Source: Macrostomum lignano
Lineage: Eukaryota
Assembly (NCBI GenBank): GCA_002269645.1
Contig: NIVC01002647.1
Coordinates: 1 to 64,000 of the forward strand
Direction: 5' to 3'
Length of the DNA stretch: 64,000 nucleotides
Both the position numbers and the translations under genes were made by a program. Positions 10,784-22,431 of the stretch are shown piece after piece. The notes beneath the pieces were generated by a model that saw nothing but the letters and a program-made list of their open reading frames with translations, had not been told where the DNA came from and made no database searches. The stretch's first letter is position 1. Every line of letters begins with the position of its first letter.

Positions 10784-11990
10784 GGCCGGGATGCCAGGGG
10801 GGGGGCAGCGGGGATGCCAGGGGAGGCAGTGGGGATGCCAGGGGGGGAGGCAGCGGGGATGCCAGGGGAGGCAGTGGGGCTGCCAGGGGAGGCAGTGGGG
10901 ATGCCAGTGGAGGCAGTGGGGATTCCAGGGGAGGCAGTGGGGATGCCAGGGGAGGCAGCGGGGATGCCAGGGGAGGCAGTGGGGATGCCAGGGGAGGCAG
11001 TGGGGATGCCAGGGGAGGCAGTGGGGATGCCAGTGGAGGCAGCGGGGATGCCAGTGGAGGCAGCGGGGATGCCAGGGGAGGCAGTGGGGATGCCAGTGGA
11101 GGCAGTGGGGATGCCAGGGGAGTCAGTGGGGATGCCAGGGGGGCAGCGGGGATGCCAGGGGAGGCAGTGGGGATGCCAGGGGGGGAGGCAGCGGGGATGC
11201 CAGGGAGGCAGTGGGGCTGCCAGGGGAGGCAGTGGGGATGCCAGGGGAGGCAGTGGGGATGCCAGGGGAGGCAGTGGGGATGCCAGGGGAGGCAGCGGGG
11301 ATGCCAGGGGAGGCAGCGGGGATTCCAGGGGAGGCAGTGGGGATGCCAGGGGAGGCAGCGGGGATGCCAGGGGAGGCAGTGGGGATGCCAGGGGAGTCAG
11401 CGGGGATGCCAGGGGAGGCAGTGGGGATGCCAGTGGAGGCAGCGGGGATGCCAGGGGAGTCAGCGGGGATGCCAGGGGAGGCAGTGGGGATGCCAGGGGA
11501 GGCAGCGGGATGCCAGGGGAGGCAGTGGGGATGCCAGGGGAGGCAGCGGGGATGCCAGGGGAGGCAGCGGGGATTCCAGGGGAGGCAGTGGGGATGCCAG
11601 GGGAGGCAGCGGGGATGCCAGGGGAGGCAGTGGGGATGCCAGGGGAGGCAGTGGGGATGCCAGGGGAGTCAGTGGGGATGCCAGGGGAGGCAGTGGGGAT
11701 GCCAGGGGAGGCAGTGGGGATGCCAGGGGAGGCAGCGGGGATGCCAGGGGAGGCAGCGGGATTCCAGGGGAGGCAGTGGGGATGCCAGGGGAGGCAGCGG
11801 GGATGCCAGGGGAGGCAGTGGGGATGCCAGTGGAGGCAGTGGGGATGCCAGTGGAGGCAGCGGGGATGCCAGTGGAGGCAGCGGGGATGCCAGGGGAGGC
11901 AGTGGGGATGCCAGGGGAGGTAGTGGGGATGCCAGGGGAGGTAGTGGGGATGCCAGGGGAGGCAGTGGGGATTCCAGGGAGGCAGTGGGG
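10781..11990 (+). repeat. 21-bp G-rich minisatellite, right part, about 57 units
   Basis: Tandem GGGGATGCCAG(G/T)GGAG(G/T)CAG(T/C); ORFs here are repeat artefacts. Confidence 0.95.
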
Positions 11991-12994
11991 GAAGGGCAGC
12001 CGCCCTTTCTCACCTGACAGTCGGTGCAGGAGCAAGGTGCTATGCCGCCAGCCTTGTCTCCCAGCTCGCATTTAACCAGACTGGAGTTCATGGGGCACAT
12101 AGTAGAATGGGGTGTTGGGGTGCTGAAATTGGTCCGTTTGTCTGCGACCATTAGACGATAAATGAACTAGTACGAGGTAGTAGTAAACAAATATAATTTA
12201 AGACTATTGATGAATTGTTAATGGACTTCGCTTGTTGTATTTGCAGGGACTAATCGATATTAGTGTGTCTGTGCTTCTGACCTCTGTATTGCAATGGTGT
12301 TTCATGTTTAGAGATTCGAAAAAAAACTCGAAGAACTGCCTTTTCACATTTGTAGCAGTTCTCTCAGTCGCATGGATATCTAACAATTTCGATATTACAG
12401 TTTGTCATCCAACATCATTATCCAACCGATTGAAAAAGCAAAGTTAATTTTTTTCGTATAAATTTATCAATTTTATAATCTGAGGCCTTTTGTCAATTGT
12501 TAATAAAAAGTACAACTTCATTGATTTTTGTGTTATGAATTTGCACAATCCTGTTTTGATCCTTCGCTATTGTTAGTCACATTCGCGAGCACAAGGTAGC
12601 CGCTAGCTCCGCTACTCGTGTAAGTAGCATGTTAAGTAAATACCCAACTGTCTATCGCTTTGACGGCGCACTTCGATATTTCGCACTTCTTTGTTCGCTT
12701 CTGTTCTATTGGCTAAATAGACGATTCAGTCTTTCATCGCCTGCACCCCTTGCTCCTAACCTAATGTCATACTCGTGTGCACTTCCCGATGCTCTGCTGT
12801 TTTCTCCGGGTTCGATGCCTGTTATTTTTTGTTCTAATGTGCTTCTCTTTGGTGTGTCGGAGTCCTAACCTCTGCTTCGCAACTTTTCCGCTCCCTGCGA
12901 ATTTGCATGAATTTTCCTTTTTTTAATTATACTGTCATTGTGGCAAGCGGAGAGCAACATAGCTCCCAGAACTGCAGTTGCCGGGTCAACGCCA

Positions 12995-13203
12995 CCCTCC
13001 CAAATCCTCTGTTGCTGGGCCAGCCTCCCAGACCCTCAGTTGCTGGGCCAGCCTCCCAGATCCTCAGCTGCTGGGCCAGCCTCCCAGATGCTCAGTTGCT
13101 GGGCCAGCCTCCCAGATCCTCAGCTGCTGGGCCAGCCTCCCAGATCCTCAGTTGCTGTGCCAGCCTCCCAGATCCTCAGCTGCTGGGCCAGCCTCCCAGA
13201 TCA
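12995..13203. repeat. 28-bp minisatellite (CAGCCTCCCAGATCCTCAGCTGCTGGGC), about 7 copies
   Basis: Units start at 13021, 13049, 13077, 13105, 13133, 13161, 13189. Confidence 0.9.
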
Positions 13204-14141
13204 CCTGTTATACAGTTTACGAGCGTACATTCTCATCATTTTACACTGATTTCTGACTGCCCAGGTGCCTATGAAGCCCTTAAACACTTGAATAAAACAC
13301 AGCTCCCCTGCGCTTGCCTTGGGCATGTTGCGAATGTCTTCTCTGCTACAACTCCCATTGCTTTGTTTTTATTATCAAATGGCGGGCCTTCTGCCCTTAG
13401 TGTTTTTTTGTAACTAAGATAGTTATTGTACAGAAGAACTGTGCTTTCGTTGTTAGTTTTGTGTTCCTTTCCTGCTTGCTTGTTTCCCTCTAAAAGTATC
13501 TTCTTCTCCTGCCCAGTGCGGCAAGTTATACTCTGGTGAATAATATTCAAATGTATAAGTACATTATATTATGACTAATTTGGTAATGGCTCATTACTTC
13601 TGTTCTTCCTCGATTCACTGCCTGCCTTTCTAGCGGCTCACTAATATTATTACTATTACTGTTATTGTTATTAATAATAAATTGAGATGATTAATTTTTA
13701 GTATATTGGAATAGAGAAAGCCGAGAAAAAGTGTCTACATTCGTGAGTGACCGCATTCAATATTTTCATTTGGATTTGACTCCATTTTTTTTCATTTTTG
13801 CTTTTGTTATTTTGCAATGATGTTGAATTAGGTGCAGATCAGCCTAGCGGCAAACGCATCCGACTCTCTCCTAGAATCTTAGTTTTCTGAACAAAAAACT
13901 TTATAAAGATCAATAGAGCTAAAAGAAAGCATAACATCTTGGTCTGGGAAATCTTAACTTCTTAAAGTCTGCATGCAATAAGATTTATTGAAAATTAATG
14001 TATTATTTATATATACTCGTAGGTGTGCAGACGCATGAAAAAAGGTACTTACAATGTGCATGGATTTACCTGCGTGCCGACACAACACAATATAACAAGT
14101 TAAAATATGCACAAGGTGCAAGGATTTCAAACGTGCAGATT

Positions 14142-14390
14142 TTAAGTTCCCAGACAGAGTCCCAAGCCCGGGAAGAGGCTGTCCGTTTCCTCCGCCAATT
14201 CATCGTGTAATTACGGTATTTCGCGAGCTTCATAATCACGCCGCTCCTTCACGGCCGCATTGTAGGATCTATAATTAAACATTGAAGTATTCACCGTATC
14301 GAGATCCGGTTCGGGGCACCATTGCCGCAAAAGAGTCCCAACTCTGCAGCTTCCAATGTGCTCTAGCTGCTGCTGCTGCTGTTGTATATG
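14142..14390 (-). pseudogene. Decayed small ORF, inverted paralog of 18130-18485
   Basis: LLRQWCPEPDLDT...YNAAVKERRDYEA..*LHDELAEETDSLFPGLGLC; internal TAA at 14211-13. Confidence 0.7.
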
Positions 14391-16252
14391 GTGAACCGCC
14401 CAGAGGGAACACCAATCATCAATACACGAAACTCGTATAGAAGTAGATAGGGGATTATACTCGTACTAATCGTACTAACTAATCGTACTCGTACTAACAC
14501 CTGCTGTTTGCCTGCGTGATTATACAAGTACATATATAAGTATGCAATGTACATATAAAATTTATCACGCTTACGTAGGATGGCGTTTCTACTTGCATAT
14601 TTCTTGTCAGTAGTATAGGCGTATTGGTAATCATTCGCGTTTTTTGCGTCAAATCTGCCTAAAAATTAACAAACTTCTTTGTCCTAAGTGGTGGCAATTC
14701 GTCTGCGGGCATTTATTCTTGTGCTCCTATTATACACTGGAGTCCATTATGTACATCGTCAGCCTCTGTGCGTATCCACCACAACACGAGCGTAACCCCA
14801 AAATAAAGGATCCATGTAATCGAGCCATGCCGGCCCATATGTATACTTTTCTTTATCGGAGACTGGTTAGAATATCTCGAATATTCGGAATGACTTTAAT
14901 TCATACAATAGCCTACAGCTTCTAAAAGCGCGGCCTCTTCAGACCCTTCAAACTCTCTTTCTCTCGCCAAACAATGGGGTGGCGATTGCGTCATCCAAGT
15001 CCCTCCCCTCTGAACAAGACAAGCAGCTTTATAATCACGCAGGCAAACAGCAGGCAAACTTGAAACATTTAAAACTCTTTCAAGTCACGCCTCGCGAATT
15101 CGCAAATTACACCCGCTCCAAAACTATAGTTGGGCAATACGCCCCTATGCCATGATTACATCACCACAGATTCCCCAAGGGTCGATCAGGCCAGCGCCCA
15201 CTTGCGCAACGCTCTGACTTGTGCAACGCCAGGCCCGACCTTCCGGCAATAGGAATGGAAGTCCCCTACGGGGTTTGAATTGAATTGAAATCCCTGGGAG
15301 AGACACTTACGTAACCGCGATTGAGCCTGGACATTGGGCAATCACATCCTCCAGCGGGTGAGCGGACACCTTCAGTCAGAAGTGAAACATTAATCCCATG
15401 TACTTGCATATTTGCATTAATCCCTATCTATACGCTCGTACTAATTTCCTTAATGTGCCTCTATATGTACACTGCATACTTCTATACCGTACCTATGTAC
15501 TTACTGCGTAATGTGCAGATAACGGTTGATTTTGGAGGTGAGGTGGGTGCCAGAGCCAATGCAAATTCAACGCCTATCTATTAATAAATGCATTAGAGCT
15601 CTTCTAATTGGTCCAGACCCTCATTATGATTCATGTAACTCATTATGTAATTCTAATTATATATGTAATCAGTGTACCATTCCCATTTGTAAATTGTGTC
15701 GTACAGAAGCGACCAGTACATATTTCAATATACATGTAGTACGCAGAATTAGCGCTCAACCACCTCTAGCTACTCCACTGTAGCTGTTGTTGTACGCAGA
15801 AGCGCGCGCGCCCAGCCCCCAAGTTTCAATGCATTGGTGTACGCAGGATTAGCTGTTATCATTATCATTACCACAACTGCTACTACTACTGCTACTACTT
15901 CTACTGCTTCTACTGTTGCTGTTGCTACGAGCGTAGCTCTGATGCTGCGATTGCAGCTGCGCCTGCTGATACTCCAGACTCCTTTATATATCCCAGGAAG
16001 AGGATGCAGGGGGTCGCAAATAGAGTGGTGCATCATTTCTTTTTTCCCTGTACTGCATTTGCAGATTAGTGTACGATTGCACACTCAGTCCCCACTTGGT
16101 ATAGAAAAGTTGGGGTCTGAAAATACCCCATCATTTCTGTTCTCATACGGGTCGTAATTGGATCTGAGTGCATCTAGCCAACCGGTAGTGTTGTAGGAAC
16201 GAAAAATGCAGACCGCAGCCTCACCTCCTCGGAGTACAGTCTCTTTCGCGGG

Positions 16253-16262
16253 TATATATAAA
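16253..16262 (+). promoter_or_regulatory. TATA box upstream of the PC4-like ORF
   Basis: TATATATAAA ~115 nt before ATG 16376, followed by an A/C-rich leader. Confidence 0.5.
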
Positions 16263-16375
16263 GGACCACGCAGAAGCTGAAATTTTCAGTAGCAGCGAAA
16301 ATTTCGCTCCGACACTCTCAGTATCAGCGTCAGCAGCAGCAGCAGCTCTCTCTATCTCAGTGAAACTCTGTCAAA

Positions 16376-17075
16376 ATGTCTATTCCACTTGTTGACAACT
16401 ACGTAGTGCGCAGGCCCACATTCGAAACTGATCGAGAACTGATCGAGATTCGGCGTTTCTACACAGACAAGAAAGGCAACAAATAGCACGGTTTTCCTGG
16501 CGTGTTTCTGACTCGCAGCGAGTGGCAGTAGCTCAGGCAGGCGCGCAGGATTATCGAGTCTCTGCGGATCCTCGACTGCTCTCGTCATGAACGGTTTCAG
16601 CTGGGTGAGGGCCATACGATTCTGGAAGTGAAAAAAAAACAGATTTGGCTGCATCGCAACAACCCGTTGCGGCGACGAGAGCGAGCCCTGGAAATACTCA
16701 GTCAAGCTCAACAAAAAATTGTGGACGACTCTGATGGACGCGGACGTTGACTCGCTGTTTGCCTCGCAGTCGCCGCCGCCGCCGCCGCTGCCCAAGACAA
16801 CAACGGCTTCGGAGCCATCATTGTGGTTCAACAGCAACAGCAGCAGCAATGATGGTGACGGCGAGGGCAGCCGCCGCCGCAGTGCTGGCACCCCGCCACC
16901 GATTGAACTGCAGCCGCCGGTGAAGAAGCTTCCTACGACTGACGGCAGCAGCAGCTACAAGTGGTGGCACTCGTTTCCTCCGGACTCGACTGAGCTCGAG
17001 AGCTGGGCTGCCGGCCTGACTGATGAACAGCTTTTTAAGACCCGGCCCATCAGATTGCTGCCTGGGCCGCTGTGA
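16376..17075 (+). pseudogene. Tandem PC4/Sub1-like ssDNA-binding domain protein, intronless and disrupted
   Basis: IEIRRFYTDKKGNK*HGFPGVFLTRSEWQ*L resembles the PC4 IDIR.Y....G...PG.KGISL..EQW..L motif; second degenerate unit KYSVKLNKKLWTTL after a frameshift; TAG at 16484 and 16529. Confidence 0.65.
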
Positions 17076-17610
17076 TCAAGGAGCAGAACAAGCAATTTAA
17101 GCTAATCTGCCGCGACAAGGTCACATGCGTGTCGAGTGAAAATGATTAAGACAATTGCTAAAAAATCTCTTTTAGCGATGACCACGCGTAGTTATAGCCC
17201 ATTGGATGCCTGGCCTGGATGTGCCTCTCCGCCGCATCTAGGCTGCCGCAGCCGCCCCGCGCGACCCAGGACTTGAGCAAAAACAATTTAAAGTTGTTGC
17301 CCAAGACACTGGAGTCCGACTGTGGCGGCTTCAGCTGCTGGGCGTTTTGATGCCATTTCGATGGGTGTTGATGCTGATTAACTCTCAATTGTATAATTTT
17401 TACTTGTGGGAATTTGTTTCTGTGATTATATCAACTCTAATAATGTGAAACTGAAAACCATCTTTTTGAATTGAATAAACTGGCACTGATGATAACATCT
17501 CTGGAATTAAAATGGTCTTATTTCATTTGTTTTGAAATTGAAAATAACCGAGACTTTGAAATTTTATTATTAAAACAGATAGCTATAGATCGCTGTTGTT
17601 GAGTCAGACT

Positions 17611-17714
17611 GACTGACTCGCTGGCTGTGGACAGGCCGGCCGGCAGACTGACTGGCTGGCGGGGGCTGTGAGGCCGGGGGAGCCAATAGGAGGCCGCTCA
17701 GAATCACTATAAAA
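17611..17714 (+). promoter_or_regulatory. Compact Pol II promoter: GC-rich box, CCAAT (17683), TATAAAA (17708)
   Basis: Canonical motif order ~65 nt before ATG 17777. Confidence 0.55.
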
Positions 17715-17776
17715 GAGAGACCCAGCGCGCCGAAAATCTTTTCAAATCGAAATTCGCGATCAACACACTTATCACA

Positions 17777-18485
17777 ATGAACAGCAGCAGCGGCAGCATC
17801 AGCAGCTCCATTGGCGACGAATTCGTAGGCTGGTGCGGTGGCTTTTATTGCGGCAACGAGTGTTGCCAGCCCGGCAACGGTTGTGAATTAATACGCGCCA
17901 ATTAACAATGAAGAATGGGGCGTTGCCACCGCAGCAGCCGAAGAAGCCGCCACCGCCGCCTCCGCCGCCTCCGCCGCCGCAATGTAGAGTCGGACAGCAG
18001 TCTAAATCGGCAGCAGCAGCAACAACATCCGAAGATGAAGAAGACGAGCCGCCGATTGGGTATCAATTTAGCCTCTCGGATGGGGCTGCAGCAGCACAGT
18101 ACTGACGCTGCTAGTGGAAAGGTTGCTGCTGCCGCGGCTGACGACGACGAAGAGGCCGCATACCAAGAATTTTTGCGGCAATGGTGCCGCGAGCCAGACT
18201 TGGACATGGTAAATAATTGCAGATTTTACTATGAATGCATTTTACCCGAAAACTTTTCATTTTCCAACTAAAAACTAATTGCTGATTCAAAATTTCAATG
18301 CATTATAGCGGAAAACTTTCCCCATCCATTCCCTTTTCTAGCTAGCTGACTATTGTTTTGGCAGCCCCTCTGAGGAGCGGGCATACTATGCCGCGAAAAG
18401 GGAGAGGGCTGAGTATGAGGCTGAGCTCCATGATGAGATAGCCGCGGAATTAGACACTTTGTTCCCCGGCTCGGGGCTTTGTTAA
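17777..18485 (+). pseudogene. Small Pro/Ala/acidic-rich gene of unknown function, probably spliced and partly disrupted
   Basis: EFLRQWCREPDLDM|gtaaat ... ERAYYAAKRERAEYEAELHDEIAAELDTLFPGSGLC*; paralog at 14142-14390. Confidence 0.55.
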
Positions 18486-18852
18486 TATTAATGACAATTT
18501 AATGTTGTGTCTGCACGCATTTTTATTTTCATTCACCTTGTACATAGCTTGTTTTTATCAACTGTCGTGTCTGCACTCAATCTAAATTTTCATGCACCTC
18601 GTACTATATCTCGACTTGCTATATCATTAAATGTTGTGTATGCACACATGCGTTATCCATATGCACCTCGCGCATTAGTTTTCAAATAAATTGTTTTGTA
18701 AAATTTGAATATTGTGTTGAGATTTTTACCATTTTTTCGAGTAATAATATTTATAATGAACGAATGAAAAAAAACTATAAAACATTCTGTGTGTAAACAC
18801 TGCGACTGATTATAACCTCAAACTCACCAATTCCAGCTACGTCATCATCATC

Positions 18853-19314
18853 ATGGCTGCTTTAAAGGTGTCGCTGCTGACTGAAGGTGCCCGCTCGCCG
18901 GCCCGCCAGACGATCGGTTCTGTTGGTTACGATCTCTTTGCCTCTGAGGATACTGTTGTCCGGGCCCGGTCGGTTGCGCAGGTGCCTCTCGGAATTTCAA
19001 TCTAAGCGCCTGATGGGACCTACGCTCGGATTGCTGGCCGGTCTGGGCTGGCGTTGCGCAAGTCTATACAAGTGGGTGCCGGCGTGATTGACCCTGACTA
19101 TACTGCGGAATTGACTGTGGTGATATTTAATCATGGCAGTGCGGACTGGTTCATAACTCGGGGCTACCGTATCGCTCAATTAGTTTTGGAGCGTGTATTG
19201 ATTGCTCCCGTAGTTGTAAGGGATCTCTATAGGGGGAATGGCGAAGAGGAGGAGGCTATAATTAGGCCTCAACTTGTTGTTCCCGGCTGTTTTGCTTTCT
19301 GTTTCAACTATTGA
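18853..19314 (+). pseudogene. dut: Intronless trimeric dUTPase with one nonsense codon and a degenerate motif V
   Basis: GYDL, RSGLA, AGVIDPDY, RIAQL motifs in one frame; TAA at 19003. Confidence 0.9.
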
Positions 19315-19834
19315 AATGAAAATATACATGATCTCCACTTTTTCAAATCTAAAACTATGAATGCAATCTTTTTCAGTAAGAATCTCGACTCGTAAGCCTC
19401 TACTAACGGTAGTATAGTGTAATCAGCTACATTTGGTTTTGAGTAATTGAACATATAAATGGAAATATGCATATATAACGTGTTTTGCAAAACTTGGGGG
19501 TTAGTTGACTGATTTGGTAGTAGATGTGATTGTACAACCGCTGGTGCGCACGCACTGACCCACCTTTGCATGTACAGCTGTACACGTAGCAATTAGTGTT
19601 TCGAGTTGGAATTGTACATATACTCTTGTGGGGTTGGCGATTCAAATGCGCAGAGCGGAGGTCGTCCTGTAGATTGGGGATTAATGTAGACACTGTACAT
19701 ATAGAAATTGTCATAGAAGTAGATTAATGCGCAAGTGTACATATAGAAGTATGCACTGTACAATTAGACAATGTGCATATAGAATTGGGGGTAGACATAG
19801 AAGCAGACAATGTACACATACAATTTGGGGTAGA

Positions 19835-20015
19835 TAGGATTAATGTACATATGTGAGTACATGAGATTAATGTACATGTGAGTACATGAGATTAATGTAC
19901 ATATGTGAGTACATGAGATTAATGTACATGTGAGTACATGAGATTAATGTACATATGTGAGTACATGAGATTAATGTACATGTGAGTACATAAATTAATG
20001 TACACATACGAGTAC
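19835..20015. repeat. 26/28-bp tandem repeat (GTACATGAGATTAATGTACAT(AT)GTGA)
   Basis: About 6 copies read directly. Confidence 0.85.
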
Positions 20016-20334
20016 ATATTGAAGTATGCTATGTATATCATGCTTAGGATAGCGTTTTCATATACTACTTACTTCATTTTTCAGATAGTAGTATAATTTG
20101 CGTTTTTTGCGTCAAATCTGCCTTAAAACCCGGCAGTTTCTGCGCGTTACGTAGTTACATGTACTTCGATCTTGCGAAAGGCCTTCTAAGGATTTTGGCG
20201 TTGTGAAATTTCAACCTTAAGAAGCGACCCCTGTCTGCCTCTTGGCTTTAAACAGTTGAGTATACAGTGGACTTTATGGTGGGGAGACAAAGCCAAGAAT
20301 TCAACATGTACATGTATGTCCATTATTTTGAACT

Positions 20335-20588
20335 GCTCATTTTGGCAGTGCAAGCACTCATTTTGGCGCCGCAGGCACTCATTTTGGCGCCGCAGGCACT
20401 CATTTTAGCGCCGCAGGCACTCATTTTGGCGCCGCAGGCACTCATTTTGGCGCCGCAGGCACTCATTTTGGCGCCGAAGGCACTCATTTTGGCGCCGAAG
20501 GCACTCATTTTGGCGCCGAAGGCACTCATTTTGGCGCCGAAGGCACCCAGTTTGGCGCCGAAGGAACTCATTTTGGCGCCGAAGGCAC
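20335..20588. repeat. 21-bp minisatellite (GGCACTCATTTTGGCGCCG(C/A)A), about 12 copies
   Basis: Direct reading; gives the artefactual ALILAPQ ORF. Confidence 0.9.
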
Positions 20589-21164
20589 TATATCAGATAT
20601 TTTGCGACCTGAAGAAAAACTAATGATTACCACAACGGGTCAGAAGGTGGGGTGGGGGTGACAAAGCAGTGGCATACCCCCCTAGCTTTACTGGGGGGAT
20701 GTCCATGCCTGTGAGTGCAATGTGAGTATAAATAAGCGTCACCATCTTCAAACGGTAGCAAAAGCAAATGCTGAGTTCCCAAAACATTTGTGAAAGAGAT
20801 TTGTGAAAAACAGTGCGTTGCAAACGCGAAAAAACTCTTGTGCTCTCATTTCGATACGCTTACTTTTACAATATATTATTTCGACGAAATATTATGCCTT
20901 ACGTCTGTCAAACAAATATTGGAATAAGTATAGTTTGCTAACTTATAAGCTATGCATAGGTAATAAGAGAAGTCACGAAAAGGTTTTCTTCAAAGCAGCT
21001 ATGCACAACAACCAAGTGCTGTTATGTTATATTACCTAAATGTATACTTTTCACTTAGTGATGCTGCCTTGACGTGCTCAGGTTAATTGAGCATTGTGCC
21101 TTGAACCCCATTGAACGACAACGGCGCAAACTGGCAATTTTGCACTGTTTGCAAAATCTTATGT

Positions 21165-21878
21165 CTATTGCTGCTGCTGCTCCGAGCAGAGTTCCACTCT
21201 CTGCTGCCGCAACAAAGCCAACATCAGGCTGCCTATATCAATGCTGCAGCTTCGGCGATGTCCGCAGCGCAACGACGCATCGGAGAATTTCGAGCAGCTG
21301 GTGACTTCTTTATCGCGCTGCCTAGACATATTCTTGAGCTGGTGTAGACTGTCGCTGCCAACCAGTTTGCTGTGGTTGGACATGTTCTTGGACTTATGTA
21401 ACAGTTCTCTTCCAACCGATTTCGAATTCAACTGTCTAGATTTGTCTAGTCGCTCAACTGGTCTCGACTGATTGGAAATTTTTCTAGACCTGTGTAACCG
21501 CTCCGTGCCAACTACAAGTTTGCTGAGATTGGACACATTCTTGGACTTTTGCAGCTGCTCGACACCGATTGGCTTTGACTTGTTGGACCAATTGATTGAC
21601 TCCTGCAGCGGATCGCGACCGATCAGCTTGGAGCCGCTGTATCGGCGGGTGCGCGACGGTTGGAAATTCGGCTGCGCCGCTGGCGGCATGGTGATGCGTC
21701 GGGACGTCGACTGACGACGAGATGCGGACGTCTTGTAGACGGCTAACAGCACCAAGCCGATGACCAGTATAGTCAGTAAGGTTAGCGACACCGACAGGGC
21801 AATGATAGCCCCGTTGCTAATGGTGCTCATGGCCTCGTTATTCTGGACGCGAGCTCTGCGGACTGGATGGTTCAACAT
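21165..21878 (-). CDS. Probable exon(s) of a single-pass membrane protein with a basic repeated cytoplasmic tail
   Basis: Hydrophobic AIIALSVSLTLLTILVIGLVLLAVY followed by KTSASRR; 3-4 repeats like LHKSKNMSNxSKLVG. Confidence 0.45.
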   Translation of the reverse strand: MLNHPVRRARVQNNEAMSTISNGAIIALSVSLTLLTILVIGLVLLAVYKTSASRRQSTSRRITMPPAAQPNFQPSRTRRYSGSKLIGRDPLQESINWSNKSKPIGVEQLQKSKNVSNLSKLVVGTERLHRSRKISNQSRPVERLDKSRQLNSKSVGRELLHKSKNMSNHSKLVGSDSLHQLKNMSRQRDKEVTSCSKFSDASLRCGHRRSCSIDIGSLMLALLRQQRVELCSEQQQQ

Positions 21879-22431
21879 TTCTTTTGACTCCGGGAACTAT
21901 TTCTAACGCACCCTGGTAACTGTCTCTTCATCTTTGACTGTCCAGTTCAGCAGTGCCGGATTAATAGGGCTGCAGATCAGCTAAACTAGACTGTATAGAA
22001 TACTCCTTACTCCTCATGTATGGGGCTGTAGACCTCATTTATTATGCAACTATCCTCTGACTGAAGTCGTTAGAGTGGACTAGTGCTTGAAGTTCAAATG
22101 CGTCTAATCGATGACCTCATTTAATAATTATATCTCTCTGTTTTCAAGACAATTCTACTATCACTAAAAAAATTCCGTTTTCTATTAGCAAAATAACCAG
22201 TGAAAATACAGTACGATTTACCTACCATTCCGTTTTGGAATCACAGTAATCCGCGAAATTCCTTTCTTTACAGAAACTGAAGCGCAATAGAAAACAGAAG
22301 TTGGAGGACATGAACCGAAACTAAATGAATATAATAAGAGTAGATTAACTCAGTTACTCAAATTGATCTTTAGCTTATCGTCCGTCAAGTCAAATGGCAA
22401 TCGATTGTAGGAAGTAACTTAGGCCATAGAT

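Noticed and set aside
10705-12075. Long ORFs (456, 408, 380 aa) in the G-rich array
   Set aside because: Translations of a 21-bp stop-free minisatellite; no independent coding signal
12014-12091. Possible first exon on the minus strand (MNSSLVKCELGDKAGGIAPCSCTDCQ|gtgag) whose intron would hold the transposon
   Set aside because: Good donor, but no phase-compatible downstream exon or homology found
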